A DNA stretch of 64,000 nucleotides from an uncultured Acidobacteriota bacterium (GCA_963819455.1 CAWFWF010000004.1:273839-337838); one strand, 5' to 3'. Positions 44,498 to 54,661 are shown, numbered from the stretch's first letter. A program made the numbers and translations. Notes: generated from the letters alone by a model not told the origin.

Positions 44498-46837
44498 ATG
44501 ATTCCGCGTCGAATCCCTTCCCGAATGGAGATAGACCCCATGTTGCGTCCGCAATTGCAATCCCGATCGCTGTCATTCTTACTCTCGCTTTTTTTTATCG
44601 TTGCAGCCATTCCCAACCTATCGGCTCAATCCCGTCCCAACGCCAAAGAGCTCCTCAGCAAGATGACCCTGGAAGAAAAAATCGCGCAACTGTCGCAGAT
44701 GCCGGGCTTCCCAATCCCCGAATTCATTCAACAAAACGGGCAACCGGAAGATGTGGTCCGCAAGTACGGCGCAGGGTCGGTCCTGTGGGTGCCCGACACG
44801 AAGGAGATCAATCGCTGGCAGCACATCGCCGTGGATGAATCTCGCTTGCATATTCCGATCATCTTTGGACTCGACGTCATTCACGGCTACCACACGATCT
44901 TTCCCGCACCGATTGCCATGGCATCCTCATGGGATCCGAAGATGGTCGAAGGGGCGCAGACCGTCGCGGCCCGCGAAGCCCGCGCCGCCGGCATCGCATG
45001 GACATTCGGTCCCATGCTCGACATCGCCCGCGATGCACGCTGGGGACGCATGGTCGAAGGCGCAGGAGAAGATCCATACCTCGGTGCCGCTATCGCCCGC
45101 GCCCAGGTCCTCGGCTTTCAGGGCACGCAGGCTGGAGCCCCCGACCGCGTTCTGGCTTGCGCAAAACACTTCGCCGGATACGGCGCCGCTGATGGTGGAC
45201 GCGACTACGATTCCTCCTACATTCCGGACGAGCAGATGTGGAATACCTACCTGCCGCCTTTTAAAGCCGCGGCGGACGCAGGCGTTGCGACGTTCATGAG
45301 CGCTTACATGGATCTCAACGAGGTCCCGGCAACCGGCAATCGCTGGCTCCTGCATGATGTCTTGCGCGAGGCGTGGAACTACAAAGGCTTCGTGGTCAGC
45401 GACGCAAACGCCGTCCACAGCCTGATCACACACGGCTACGCACGTGACGGCGAAGATGCCGCGTACAAAGCTTTCTCCGCCGGGCTCACCATGGACATGG
45501 CCAGCGGCACCTACCTCAAACATCTCGCCGGCGAAGTAAAGCAAGGACGCATTCCGCAGCAGCAAATCGATGACGCCGTTCTCTCCATTCTAGAAGCCAA
45601 GATTCGGCTCGGCCTCTTCGAGCATCCCTACGTCGACGAGACCAAGATTTCTCAAATCTTGAATGCTCCCGAGCATCAGGAACTGGCCCGCAATGCTGTA
45701 CAACGGTCCGTCGTCTTGCTGCGCAATGAGCAAAACGCACTTCCTCTCGACAAATCCAAGATCAAATCCATCGCGGTGATCGGCCCGCTGGGCGACGCGC
45801 AATTGGACTTGCTCGATATGTGGGGCGCCCTGGTGAAGCCGGGCCCGACCGTCAGCTTGCTGCAAGGAATCAAAGACAAAGTCGGCACCGGGGTAAACGT
45901 CGAATTCGCGCACGGCCCGAATATTCGGAGAGATATTCCGTCGTTCTTCGAAGACACACCAATCATGACCGTTAAGGAGCAGCCTAAGCAGTCTCCCGAA
46001 GAGTCCCGTAAAGCCACGGACGACGCCGTTGCTCTCGCCAAGCGCAGCGACGTGGCCGTGCTCGTCATGGGGGAAATCGCGCTGATGAGCGGCGAGGCAG
46101 CCTCGCGCTCCTCGCTCAAACTTTCCGGCGGACAGGAAGAATTACTTGAAGCCGTGGTCGCCACCGGCAAGCCCGTCGTCCTAGTCTTGGTCAACGGCCG
46201 TCCTCTCGATATTTCTTGGGCCGCCGAACACGTTCCGGCGATCCTCGAGGTCTGGTATCCCGGAAGTCAGGGCGGCAATGGAATCGCCGATGTGCTCTTC
46301 GGCGATGCGAATCCCGCCGGACATCTTCCCGTGAGCTGGCCTCGCAACTCAGCGACGCTGCCGCTGTACTACAACCACACACGCACCCATGCGCCCGAAG
46401 ACGCGCCGGACTTCAAGTCCCGCTACTGGGACATCGCCAGCACCCCGCTGTATCCGTTCGGCTACGGGCTTAGCTATACGACCTTCACGTTCGACAATTT
46501 GAAAGTCAGCCAGACAGCCGCAAAAGTTGGGGGCTCGCTCGACGTATCCGTCGATGTCACCAACACTGGCAGCCGTCCGGGGGATGCCGTCGCGCAACTC
46601 TACATTCACCAGCGGGCGGGAAGCGCGTCGCGACCGGTACGCCAGCTGAAAGGCTTCCAGCGAGTGAATCTGCAGGCGGGCGCGAAACAAACTGTCCATT
46701 TCAAGCTGGGCCCGGATGAACTGCAATTCTGGAGCCCGACCACGAAGCAATGGGTAGTCGAACCAGAGCAGTTCGACGTATGGGCAGGCGACAACTCGCA
46801 AGCAAAGCTACACGCCGAATTCCGCCTAACAAAGTAA
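44498..46837 (+). CDS. bglX: glycoside hydrolase family 3 beta-glucosidase (BglX-like, secreted)
   Basis: Signal peptide ..LSFLLSLFFIVAAIPNLSAQ. GH3 motifs GLDVIHGY, GPMLDIARDARWGR, KHFAGYG and FVVSDANAV. C-terminal fibronectin-like domain. The start may be 44540. Confidence 0.9.
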   Translation: MIPRRIPSRMEIDPMLRPQLQSRSLSFLLSLFFIVAAIPNLSAQSRPNAKELLSKMTLEEKIAQLSQMPGFPIPEFIQQNGQPEDVVRKYGAGSVLWVPDTKEINRWQHIAVDESRLHIPIIFGLDVIHGYHTIFPAPIAMASSWDPKMVEGAQTVAAREARAAGIAWTFGPMLDIARDARWGRMVEGAGEDPYLGAAIARAQVLGFQGTQAGAPDRVLACAKHFAGYGAADGGRDYDSSYIPDEQMWNTYLPPFKAAADAGVATFMSAYMDLNEVPATGNRWLLHDVLREAWNYKGFVVSDANAVHSLITHGYARDGEDAAYKAFSAGLTMDMASGTYLKHLAGEVKQGRIPQQQIDDAVLSILEAKIRLGLFEHPYVDETKISQILNAPEHQELARNAVQRSVVLLRNEQNALPLDKSKIKSIAVIGPLGDAQLDLLDMWGALVKPGPTVSLLQGIKDKVGTGVNVEFAHGPNIRRDIPSFFEDTPIMTVKEQPKQSPEESRKATDDAVALAKRSDVAVLVMGEIALMSGEAASRSSLKLSGGQEELLEAVVATGKPVVLVLVNGRPLDISWAAEHVPAILEVWYPGSQGGNGIADVLFGDANPAGHLPVSWPRNSATLPLYYNHTRTHAPEDAPDFKSRYWDIASTPLYPFGYGLSYTTFTFDNLKVSQTAAKVGGSLDVSVDVTNTGSRPGDAVAQLYIHQRAGSASRPVRQLKGFQRVNLQAGAKQTVHFKLGPDELQFWSPTTKQWVVEPEQFDVWAGDNSQAKLHAEFRLTK

Positions 46838-46863
46838 GAAAGAAAGAAATCCAGGTAAGGGTG

Positions 46864-46906
46864 CCCCATTTCTCGCGCGGTCCATGTGCGAGAAGTGGGG
46901 ATTTTG
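46864..46906 (+). terminator. rho-independent terminator candidate after the GH3 gene
   Basis: CCCCATTTCTCGC ...11-nt loop... GCGAGAAGTGGGG (1 mismatch), followed by ATTTT. Confidence 0.5.
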
Positions 46907-46997
46907 ATCCGGACCGCGAAACTGCGGGAATCTTGGACAGCCTCAGCCGCCTCACCCTCTTCGTTACCTGCAAGGCGTCCGTTAGAATAATGCTCGT

Positions 46998-47552
46998 ATG
47001 ATTCATCCTTGGCACGACGTAACCCCCGGCGACAAGCTCCCGCAGGAATTTGACTGCGTAGTCGAAATTCCTTTCGGCTCCAGCGTAAAGTACGAACTCG
47101 ACAAGTCCAGCGGACTGATCCGCCTCGACCGCGTTCTCTACTCCGCCGTTTACTATCCGGCAAATTATGGATTCATCCCGCAGACCTATGCCGAAGACGA
47201 CGATCCCCTCGATGTGCTGGTGCTCTGCCAGGAGACCGTCGTCCCTCTAACGATCATCCACGCCCGGACCGTGGGCCTGATGACGATGATCGACCAGGGC
47301 AAGCCCGATCACAAGATCATCGCTGTCGCCACCGAGGATCCCGAGTTCAACTCCTACCACGAAGCCTCCGAGATGCCTTCGCACCGGCTCCTCATGCTGC
47401 GGAGATTTTTTCAGGATTACAAACAATTGGAGGGCAAAGCCGTGGAGGTCGACGAGATTCGTCCGCCGACCGAGGCTTATCCCATCATCCTCGACGCTCT
47501 GCACCGCTACAGCGAACAACGGCGAAAAGGCTTCAAGATTCCGAAAGCATAG
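46998..47552 (+). CDS. ppa: inorganic pyrophosphatase (family I)
   Basis: [50 protein letters not shown]. Confidence 0.92.
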   Translation: MIHPWHDVTPGDKLPQEFDCVVEIPFGSSVKYELDKSSGLIRLDRVLYSAVYYPANYGFIPQTYAEDDDPLDVLVLCQETVVPLTIIHARTVGLMTMIDQGKPDHKIIAVATEDPEFNSYHEASEMPSHRLLMLRRFFQDYKQLEGKAVEVDEIRPPTEAYPIILDALHRYSEQRRKGFKIPKA

Positions 47553-47555
47553 CGC

Positions 47556-48157
47556 TCACGGCTGACCGGCTGGCGCGGGACCGATCGTCCCGCCACCAGC
47601 CTCTGCAAACCGCTTTACAACCCCTTGAACACGAAGCTGATCTCCTTCGTTTCGTTCGCACTGATCGTATCTCGTGGACGTCCACGGCCATGCCTTGATC
47701 TGTAAGTAGATCCTGAGAGAATCCCCCCTCCGTCACGCAAAATATGGATGTGAAGACCGCAGTATCTGCCTCCACGCGGTGCAAATTGCACTCCGGGATC
47801 TTCGTCGCGACGGCGATGATCTTATGGTCCGATTTTCCCTGGCTCCGCCTTGTCATACCCGACTGTGCAGGCGTGAATGATTCGTCTCCATGACCCTACC
47901 CCGTCAGAGGGACGTCCGTCTCCTCGACACACGCACTATCACTTCGATCGGATCATCATCCTCGCCATAAGTCTGCGGGATGAATCCGTAATTGGCCGGG
48001 TAATAACCGCGGAATACAGAACGCGATCCAGACGGATCAGCCGCTGGATTTATCAAGTTCGTATATGACGCTTGAGCCGAATGGAATCGTCGACCACGCA
48101 GTCGAATTCCTGTGGAAGTTTGTCGCCGGGAGTTACGTCGTGCCAGGGATGGATCAT
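47556..48157 (-). pseudogene. decayed inverted duplicate of ppa
   Basis: The minus strand starting at 48157 reads ATGATCCATCCCTGGCACGACGTAACTCCCGGCGACAAACTTCCACAGGAATTCGACTGCGTGGTCGA.. ([22 protein letters not shown], identical to Ppa residues 1-22). It then diverges with indels and stops. Recognisable islands remain (..[17 protein letters not shown].., ..DHKIIAVAT..). Confidence 0.8.
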
Positions 48158-48286
48158 GGGAATGTCGTACGCTCCGTGATTCTCCATTCTAACGGACGGT
48201 GCCCGAAGCTCTGTTCCAGTTCGCGGTGTCGCACGCGGTCCTGAAGGGTCGCTCCGCAATCGCGTCCATTTATCTACTTGACATAG

Positions 48287-48306
48287 TGTACTAGTTCTAT
48301 AGTACA
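48287..48306 (+). promoter_or_regulatory. 7-bp-arm palindrome (candidate GntR operator) next to TTGACA
   Basis: TGTACTA-gttcta-TAGTACA at 48287-48306. TTGACA lies at 48278-48283, and the site ends 10 nt before the GntR ATG. Confidence 0.4.
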
Positions 48307-48315
48307 TTGGTTCAC

Positions 48316-48732
48316 ATGGCGAAGAACCCCAGGAACGGCGCAGGCTTTCAGTTCGCGCTCGACCTGCACAGCGGCATGCCCGTCTACCGCCAGCTCATCG
48401 ACCAGGTTCGAGGAGGCATTGCTTCGGGCTCGCTCTCCGCCGGCGACCAGCTGCCCACGGTGCGCCAATTGGCGGTGGACCTCGCCATCAACCCCAACAC
48501 CGTGATGCGCGCTTATCGCGAGCTCGAACTCGGAGGCCTTCTCGAAACGCATCAAGGCACAGGAACCTTCATCAGCGACAAAAGGCCGGAAAAGAAAACT
48601 GCCGAGCGCGAACGCCAGCTCGGCCAGATGGTGAGCGAATTCGCGGCCCGTGCGGGAGCCGCAGGATTCAGCTTGGAAGAGGCAATCGACCGCTTGCGCG
48701 AGTTGCTGCCCAATCCCACACAAAGGAGATAG
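48316..48732 (+). CDS. GntR-family (YtrA-like short) transcriptional regulator
   Basis: PVYRQLIDQVRGGIASGSLSAGDQLPTVRQLAVDLAINPNTVMRAYRELELGGLLETHQGTGTFI. Confidence 0.85.
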   Translation: MAKNPRNGAGFQFALDLHSGMPVYRQLIDQVRGGIASGSLSAGDQLPTVRQLAVDLAINPNTVMRAYRELELGGLLETHQGTGTFISDKRPEKKTAERERQLGQMVSEFAARAGAAGFSLEEAIDRLRELLPNPTQRR

Positions 48733-48737
48733 CTGTC

Positions 48738-49610
48738 ATGGCAAGAATTCGAATTCACAATGAGGTCAACGGCGTAGCGATTCTGCTCTTCGCCGTCTGC
48801 GTGCTGGCGGGCATCGCAATCATGCAGCCCACTCGCCAACCTGCCTTTGGCATCGCGGGAGCCATCCTCGGCCTCTACTTTCTCTTTGCCATCAAGATCG
48901 TTCGCCAGTGGGAAAAGGTCGCGGTCCTGCGTCTCGGCCGCTATGTCGGGCTGCGCGGCCCCGGATTGTGTCACATCGTGCCGATCCTCGAAACGCTGAG
49001 CCCCTACGTCGACCAGCGCGTCCGCGTCGCCAGCGTTTCCGCGGAATCCACACTCACTCGCGACACGGTCCCGGTGAACGTGGACGCCATTGTCTTCTGG
49101 CTGGTGTGGAACGCGGAGAAATCCATTCTCGAAGTCGAGAACTTCGTGGAGGCCATCAACATGAGCGCGCAAACTGCGCTGCGCGAATCGATCGGCCGCC
49201 ACGAGCTCGCCCAGATGATCACCGAGCGCGAAACCATGGGCCGCGAACTGCAGCGCATTCTCGACGAAAAAACGAATCCGTGGGGAATCACCGTGCAATC
49301 GGTCGAGATTCGCGACGTGAAAATCCCCGCCGGGCTCGAGGACGCCATGTCGCGCCAGGCCCAAGCGGAGCGCGAACGCCAAGCCCGGATCATCCTCGGA
49401 CAAGCTGAAAAAGAGATCGCTGACAGCTTTGTGCAGGCTGCAGCCTCTTACGCCGAGAATCCCGTGGCTTTGCACCTGCGCGCCATGAACATGCTCTACG
49501 AAGCCATCAAGGAGAAGGGCTCGATGGTGATCGTGCCTTCGTCCGCCGTGGAAACTATGGGACTGGGCGGCAATCTCGCCACCGCCGCTCTCGGCGGAGT
49601 CAAACCCTAA
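48738..49610 (+). CDS. SPFH/Band 7 protein (stomatin/slipin type)
   Basis: TM anchor, then VRQWEKVAVLRLGRY..GPGL..P..D..VDLR-like core, ..NPWGITVQSVEIRDVKIP and a QAEAERERQARII coiled coil. Confidence 0.88.
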   Translation: MARIRIHNEVNGVAILLFAVCVLAGIAIMQPTRQPAFGIAGAILGLYFLFAIKIVRQWEKVAVLRLGRYVGLRGPGLCHIVPILETLSPYVDQRVRVASVSAESTLTRDTVPVNVDAIVFWLVWNAEKSILEVENFVEAINMSAQTALRESIGRHELAQMITERETMGRELQRILDEKTNPWGITVQSVEIRDVKIPAGLEDAMSRQAQAERERQARIILGQAEKEIADSFVQAAASYAENPVALHLRAMNMLYEAIKEKGSMVIVPSSAVETMGLGGNLATAALGGVKP

Positions 49611-49733
49611 ACATCGCGCCGACGCGCGAATATCCGGACGGGACATCCGACGATAGCCCGGCGTTTCCAACGCCGGGCACGAACGGACGCTCTCGCTTGC
49701 TCCAGATTCCAACCTCTCAAAAGGAGAAAGAGT

Positions 49734-50447
49734 ATGAAATCACTTGCCATGAATCCATTGAACAACTCCACTTTGAGCGCGAGCATCCTGATCGCCATCG
49801 TGCTTGCCGCAGTGCTCGGAGTGCACTCGCAGCAACTCCAAAAAGGTATCCACGTCGATTTGGCGCAAACGACCAGCGCGCAGCCCATGCCTGCGGCGGA
49901 CGAATCGAATGCATGGATTGTCACCATTGCCAACGATGGCCGCCTGTGGTTCGGAACAAATCCTGTCTCTCGCACAGCTCTGCTGGACTCAATGATCAGC
50001 ACGCCGCGCCTTCGCGATCAGAATCTGTATATCAAAGTGGATGCGCGAGCGCGTTATGCCGACGTCGCGTCGGTGCTGAAAGAAGCCCGCACGGTGAAAT
50101 TCGATTCTCCGGTTCTATTGACGGGCCAGCCGGAATCGCCGCAACCGGGAACGATCCTGCCACCGAAAGGATTGACGGTCTGGCTCTCGTCAACAGCGAC
50201 CTCGAGTCCGAAACTCGAACTGGAGATCCTCGGATCAAGCAACGGAGCCGCTACCGCGAAGATAAATGGCCGCGAAATTCCCCCCTCCTCGATTCAGGGT
50301 TCTCTCGGACCAATGCTCGCGAGCGAGACCGACAAAGCAGTTGTACTGCGAGCCAGCGGCTCGCTGGCATTCAACCAGGTGGCGCAGGTGCTGGATGTTC
50401 TCACTCAAATGAAAGTGAAAATCGTGATCGATATCCCCGAAGTGTAA
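49734..50447 (+). CDS. membrane-anchored protein with two ExbD/TolR-like domains
   Basis: TM anchor LSASILIAIVLAAVLGV. First module: IVTIANDGRLWFGTNPVSRTALLDSM....NLYIKVDARARYADVASVLKEARTVKFDSPVLLT. Second module: ..TAKINGREI..KAVVLRASGSLAFNQVAQVLDVLTQMKVKIVI. Confidence 0.6.
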   Translation: MKSLAMNPLNNSTLSASILIAIVLAAVLGVHSQQLQKGIHVDLAQTTSAQPMPAADESNAWIVTIANDGRLWFGTNPVSRTALLDSMISTPRLRDQNLYIKVDARARYADVASVLKEARTVKFDSPVLLTGQPESPQPGTILPPKGLTVWLSSTATSSPKLELEILGSSNGAATAKINGREIPPSSIQGSLGPMLASETDKAVVLRASGSLAFNQVAQVLDVLTQMKVKIVIDIPEV

Positions 50448-50584
50448 GCGGTTGGCTTTGCCTCGCCTCAATCGAGAACCACGAGGGAATGTCTCAAGGC
50501 TGGGAGACTTCCTTCGTGGTTCAATGTTTTTCGCGCCCAGTGTATTCTGACCGGGACCGTCGATAGCCGCGCCAATCGCCACCA

Positions 50585-51505
50585 ATGACGCCTCCCAGAA
50601 TCGCGATCCTGATTCCCTGCTACAACGAAGAACTCACCATCGCGAAAGTGGTGCGCGATTTTCACGCCGAGATGCCTGACGCGGCGATCTACGTCTTCGA
50701 TAACAATTCCTCCGATCGAACCGTCGAATGCGCGGCTGCAGCGGGCGCCCAAATCTTTCACGAACGCCGCCAAGGCAAGGGCTTCGTCGTCCAATCGATG
50801 TTCGAGCAGGTCGATGCCGACATTTACGTTCTCGTCGACGGCGACGACACCTATCCGGCCTCCGAAGTCCACAAACTCATCGAACCGGTGGTTAACGGCA
50901 AAGCAGAGATGGTCGTCGGCTCGCGGCTCATGCCCACTTCCGACAGTGACTTCCGCCTGCTCAACAAACTTGGGAATGGCTTCTTCCTTGAAGTCATTAA
51001 TTTCATTTTCAAAGTCAAACTCACCGATGTCCTCTCCGGCTACCGCGCATTCAGCCGCGAATTCGTGAAAAGCATTCCGGTGTTCGGCGGGGGTTTTGAA
51101 ACTGAAGTTGAACTAACCGTGAAGGCGCTCGCCCGCGGACATCGCATCACCGAACTGCCTGTTCGCCTCACGCCGCGTCCGGAGGGCAGCTTCTCCAAGA
51201 TTCGCATCGTGCAAGACGGCTTCGTCATCCTGAATACGATTCTCAGCCTCGTCCGCGATTACAAACCGCTGACATTTTTCGGCGGCATGGGCCTCGCCTT
51301 CATCCTCCTCGGCTTCGTGCCGGGTGTTGTGGTCATTGTGGAATTCTTCCAAACCGGATTGGTCCAGCGTCTTCCGTTGGCGGTGTTGGCGGTGGGATTG
51401 GTGCTGTCAGGAATGCTTCTGATGGTGGTCGGCCTTGTGCTGCACACGATCACGCGCCGCTTCCAGGAACTGGAGCATCAACTCCGCTTACGCGACAAAG
51501 TGTGA
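50585..51505 (+). CDS. family-2 glycosyltransferase with two C-terminal TM helices (GtrB/DPM-like)
   Basis: IAILIPCYNEE..FDNNSSDRT..GKG..VDGDDTY, then two C-terminal TM helices. Confidence 0.85.
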   Translation: MTPPRIAILIPCYNEELTIAKVVRDFHAEMPDAAIYVFDNNSSDRTVECAAAAGAQIFHERRQGKGFVVQSMFEQVDADIYVLVDGDDTYPASEVHKLIEPVVNGKAEMVVGSRLMPTSDSDFRLLNKLGNGFFLEVINFIFKVKLTDVLSGYRAFSREFVKSIPVFGGGFETEVELTVKALARGHRITELPVRLTPRPEGSFSKIRIVQDGFVILNTILSLVRDYKPLTFFGGMGLAFILLGFVPGVVVIVEFFQTGLVQRLPLAVLAVGLVLSGMLLMVVGLVLHTITRRFQELEHQLRLRDKV

Positions 51506-51605
51506 AACGTCACGAGTAGGACGGACAGTTCCCCAGTCCTAACGTCGCGCCTTCCGCGAACTTAGGGTAGGGATTTTACCGTAGAAGGATGAGCCGTTCA
51601 GCGTC

Positions 51606-51660
51606 GCGGAAGAGCGGCCGTTTCAAACCGTGGAAGAGCGGCCCTTCAGGGCCGCGTCCA
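51606..51660. repeat. GGAAGAGCGGCC hairpin repeat (1.5 copies)
   Basis: GCGGAAGAGCGGCCGTTTCA followed by GTGGAAGAGCGGCCCTTCAGGGCCGCGTCCA. Same family as 56289-56318 and 60090-60119. Confidence 0.55.
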
Positions 51661-51789
51661 ATCTCGAAAAATGACAAGCGCTTTAGCGCCTGTGGTCGTA
51701 GTGAAGAGGATGTCCGTCACACTTTTCGCGTGAACAAGATCTCTACGCTTCCGAACTCTGAAACTCTAGCCGGCTTCTGACGATCTCCC

Positions 51790-53886
51790 TCACCACACGT
51801 GGCAAGCGTTTTCCGCCACCATCGGCTGCCCGGCCTTGCATCGCCAAGCCTTCTGAAACTCGGGCATATTCTGGACAACGCCGTTCACGCGATACTTCCC
51901 CGGAGAATGCGGATCCGTCAGCACGCGCATCCGCGCCACCTCCGGACGCCTTTTCTCGCACCACACGCGGCCGAAGCCGAGGAAGAACCGCTGCTCCGGC
52001 GTGTAGCCATCGATCGATTGCCCTTCTTTCCCGGTCTTGTCGTCGGCAATCATGCGTTCGAGAGCGGCCAGTGCGACGCGTGCTCCGCCATTGTCCGCGG
52101 TGTTCTCGCCCAGAGTTAGCCGTCCGTTGAGTTTCAAATCGTCCACCGCGACAAAGCTTGAGTATTCGTCTGCCACACAGCTCACGCGCTTCTCAAACTC
52201 TTTTCCATCTTGATCAGTCCACCAGTCGTGCAAGTTCCCTTGCGGATCGAACTTTCGCCCCTGGTCGTCGAACCCGTGCGTCAACTCATGGCCGATCACC
52301 AGCCCAATTCCACCAAAGTTCACCCCATCGTCCATCTTGGGATCGAAGAAAGGCGGCTGCAATATGCCTGCCGGAAAAACAATCTCGTTGTAATTCGAGC
52401 TGTAGTACGCGTTGACGGTCGGCGGCGTCATGCCCCACTCTTTGCGGTCCAGCGGCTTTTCGATCTTCGCGATCTCGCGCTTCGACTCGAATTCACTGGC
52501 GCGTTCAATATTCCCCATCAAATCGCCGGGCTTAATCGTGACCGAACTGTAATCGCGCCACACATCCGGATATCCAATCTTGTTCCGGATCGCCTGCAAC
52601 TTCACCTTCGCCTGTTTCTTCGTCTCGTCGCTCATCCATGAGAGCTCGTGGATATCGCCATCCAGAGACGTCTCCAGCGCATCGACCATCTTCAACATTC
52701 GCGCCTTGCTCTCTGGACCAAATGTCACGTCAACATATCTCTGCCCTAACGCCTCGCCCAATTCACGGTCCGTCAGGTTGACGCACCGCTTCCAGCGTGC
52801 CTGGATCTCTTTCTGCCCGGTCAACACTTGTTGAAACTTGAAGTTCGCATCGACAAATGGCTGCGACAACCAAGGCGCGGCCGAATTCAGCACATGCCAT
52901 TTGATATAGCTCTTCAGCGAATCGAGCGACTCCGATTCCAGCACCGAATTGATCTGCTTGAAGAACTCAGGATTGCCCACGTTCAGTTCACTAAATCCAG
53001 GCGCATTGATGTCATGGAAGTAGCGCTCGAGATAAAAATTCGAAGCGAGTGACTCGGCTTCCTTCCGCGTCATTTTGTGATCGCGGGTCTTCGGATCGCG
53101 CCGCGTCGTTCGGTCCATCTCCGCCTTGGCGATCAGGGTTTCAAACCGTAGGACATCTTCTGCCATTTTGCTCGGCGTACCTCCCGGCCCAGGCGTCCCA
53201 TTCCCCGGCGATGCCTGCTGGAACACCTCCGACATGTATTCGACGAAGTGCTGGCGAATTCCCTTCATCTTCTCGTCGTCTTTCAGGTAATAATCCCGGT
53301 CCGGCAGAGACAGTCCTCCCTGGTCGATGTACGCGATCACCTGGTCTGCATTGTGCAGATCGGACGCCGAATAAAAGTTAAAGAGCGGACTCGGCCCGAT
53401 CAGGTGGATATGAGCGATCTCGTCGATCAGCGCCTGCTTGTCCTTCACGGCATCGATCCGGTCTAGCTCCGGCTTGAGCGCCGCGATTCCCTTGCTGTTC
53501 ACGGTCTTCTCGTCCATGCAGGAGCCATACAGGTCCCCGATCTTCTGGTCGATCGCGCTGCGCCCGCTGCCGCCCGCCGCAGCCTTCTCCAGGATGCCGC
53601 GCTCAACATCTTTGTTGCGCTCGTTGAGCTCGACAAAACTTACCCACTGCGACTGGTCCGGAGGAATCTCCGAATTCTTGATCCAGTTTCCGCATGCGTA
53701 ATCGTAGAAATCGACGCACGGATCGACTGTCTTGTCGATCGTATCCAGGCTAAAGCCGGGTGCAGGCTTTGTTGAGGAAGGTGATTGCGAGAAACCAGGA
53801 GCGGGCAGCATTGTCAGAAGAGCAAACAGCAGGCAGAAAAGGCGCATAAGAGTTATCGTTTTACTCGGAAATACACGCAGATACAA
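51790..53886 (-). CDS. M13-family zinc metallopeptidase (PepO / endothelin-converting-enzyme-like)
   Basis: HELTHGFDDQG (HExxH), NAYY, GENTADNGG and a C-terminal ..CHVW. Signal peptide MRLFCLLFALLTMLPAPGFSQ; the start may be 53847. Confidence 0.9.
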   Translation of the reverse strand: MYLRVFPSKTITLMRLFCLLFALLTMLPAPGFSQSPSSTKPAPGFSLDTIDKTVDPCVDFYDYACGNWIKNSEIPPDQSQWVSFVELNERNKDVERGILEKAAAGGSGRSAIDQKIGDLYGSCMDEKTVNSKGIAALKPELDRIDAVKDKQALIDEIAHIHLIGPSPLFNFYSASDLHNADQVIAYIDQGGLSLPDRDYYLKDDEKMKGIRQHFVEYMSEVFQQASPGNGTPGPGGTPSKMAEDVLRFETLIAKAEMDRTTRRDPKTRDHKMTRKEAESLASNFYLERYFHDINAPGFSELNVGNPEFFKQINSVLESESLDSLKSYIKWHVLNSAAPWLSQPFVDANFKFQQVLTGQKEIQARWKRCVNLTDRELGEALGQRYVDVTFGPESKARMLKMVDALETSLDGDIHELSWMSDETKKQAKVKLQAIRNKIGYPDVWRDYSSVTIKPGDLMGNIERASEFESKREIAKIEKPLDRKEWGMTPPTVNAYYSSNYNEIVFPAGILQPPFFDPKMDDGVNFGGIGLVIGHELTHGFDDQGRKFDPQGNLHDWWTDQDGKEFEKRVSCVADEYSSFVAVDDLKLNGRLTLGENTADNGGARVALAALERMIADDKTGKEGQSIDGYTPEQRFFLGFGRVWCEKRRPEVARMRVLTDPHSPGKYRVNGVVQNMPEFQKAWRCKAGQPMVAENACHVW

Positions 53887-54013
53887 CCGGAGATTTTATG
53901 TCCCCGGTTCGCAAATGATCAAATTCGTCGTCATCTGACATTTAACATTTGTATCGTCGTTTGGGGATGAGCCACCCTCGAATCGGTTTCAGCCTGTTAT
54001 TGGGAGGCTAGGA

Positions 54014-54661
54014 ATGCCAGAACTCACACAGGATCCTTCGCCAGGCACTACTCTCGAGCTGCGTCACCCGCGGCTCTCCACGCCGCTGTGGTGGCTGATG
54101 CTCATCTCTTCGGTCGCCATAGCTGGCTACGCGACGCGCTACTTTATTCTTCCGACCACCGACTCGCACTTCGCCCACTATCTACTCCCTCTCCGGTTGC
54201 ATATTGCCGGAGGTATCGGCGCTTTACTGGCAGGACCGTGGCAGTTCTCCGAGCGGCTGCGGGCCAGAAACCTGGAATTTCACCGCTGGCTCGGTCGCTT
54301 CTATCTGATCGAGGTTACGCTGGGATCTATTGCCGGTTTGGTCATGGCGGTTGTTTCGCTGGAGGGACTGGCCACTCATTTTGGATTCGGCATTCTGGCG
54401 ATCCTTTGGTTCCTGACGGGACTGCAAGCCTACCGTCTCGTCCGGCGCGGAGAGATCGAAGGCCACCGCCAATGGATGATTCGCAATTTCGCCCTTACGT
54501 TAGCCGCGGTGACCCTGCGTAATTGGTTCCCGTTCATGCTCTTCGCCTTGCATTGGTCGTTTCACCGGTCATACATCATCGTTTCCTGGCTCTGCTGGGT
54601 CCCGAACCTCCTCGTCGCCGAGTGGATCGTGGCGCGAAGAAAAGGCGCTGCCGCCATTTGA
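54014..54661 (+). CDS. DUF2306-family membrane protein
   Basis: Six TM segments, with ..LRLHIAGGIGALLAGPWQF...LEFHRWLGRFYL.. and ..HRQWMIRNFALT.. typical of DUF2306. Confidence 0.65.
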   Translation: MPELTQDPSPGTTLELRHPRLSTPLWWLMLISSVAIAGYATRYFILPTTDSHFAHYLLPLRLHIAGGIGALLAGPWQFSERLRARNLEFHRWLGRFYLIEVTLGSIAGLVMAVVSLEGLATHFGFGILAILWFLTGLQAYRLVRRGEIEGHRQWMIRNFALTLAAVTLRNWFPFMLFALHWSFHRSYIIVSWLCWVPNLLVAEWIVARRKGAAAI

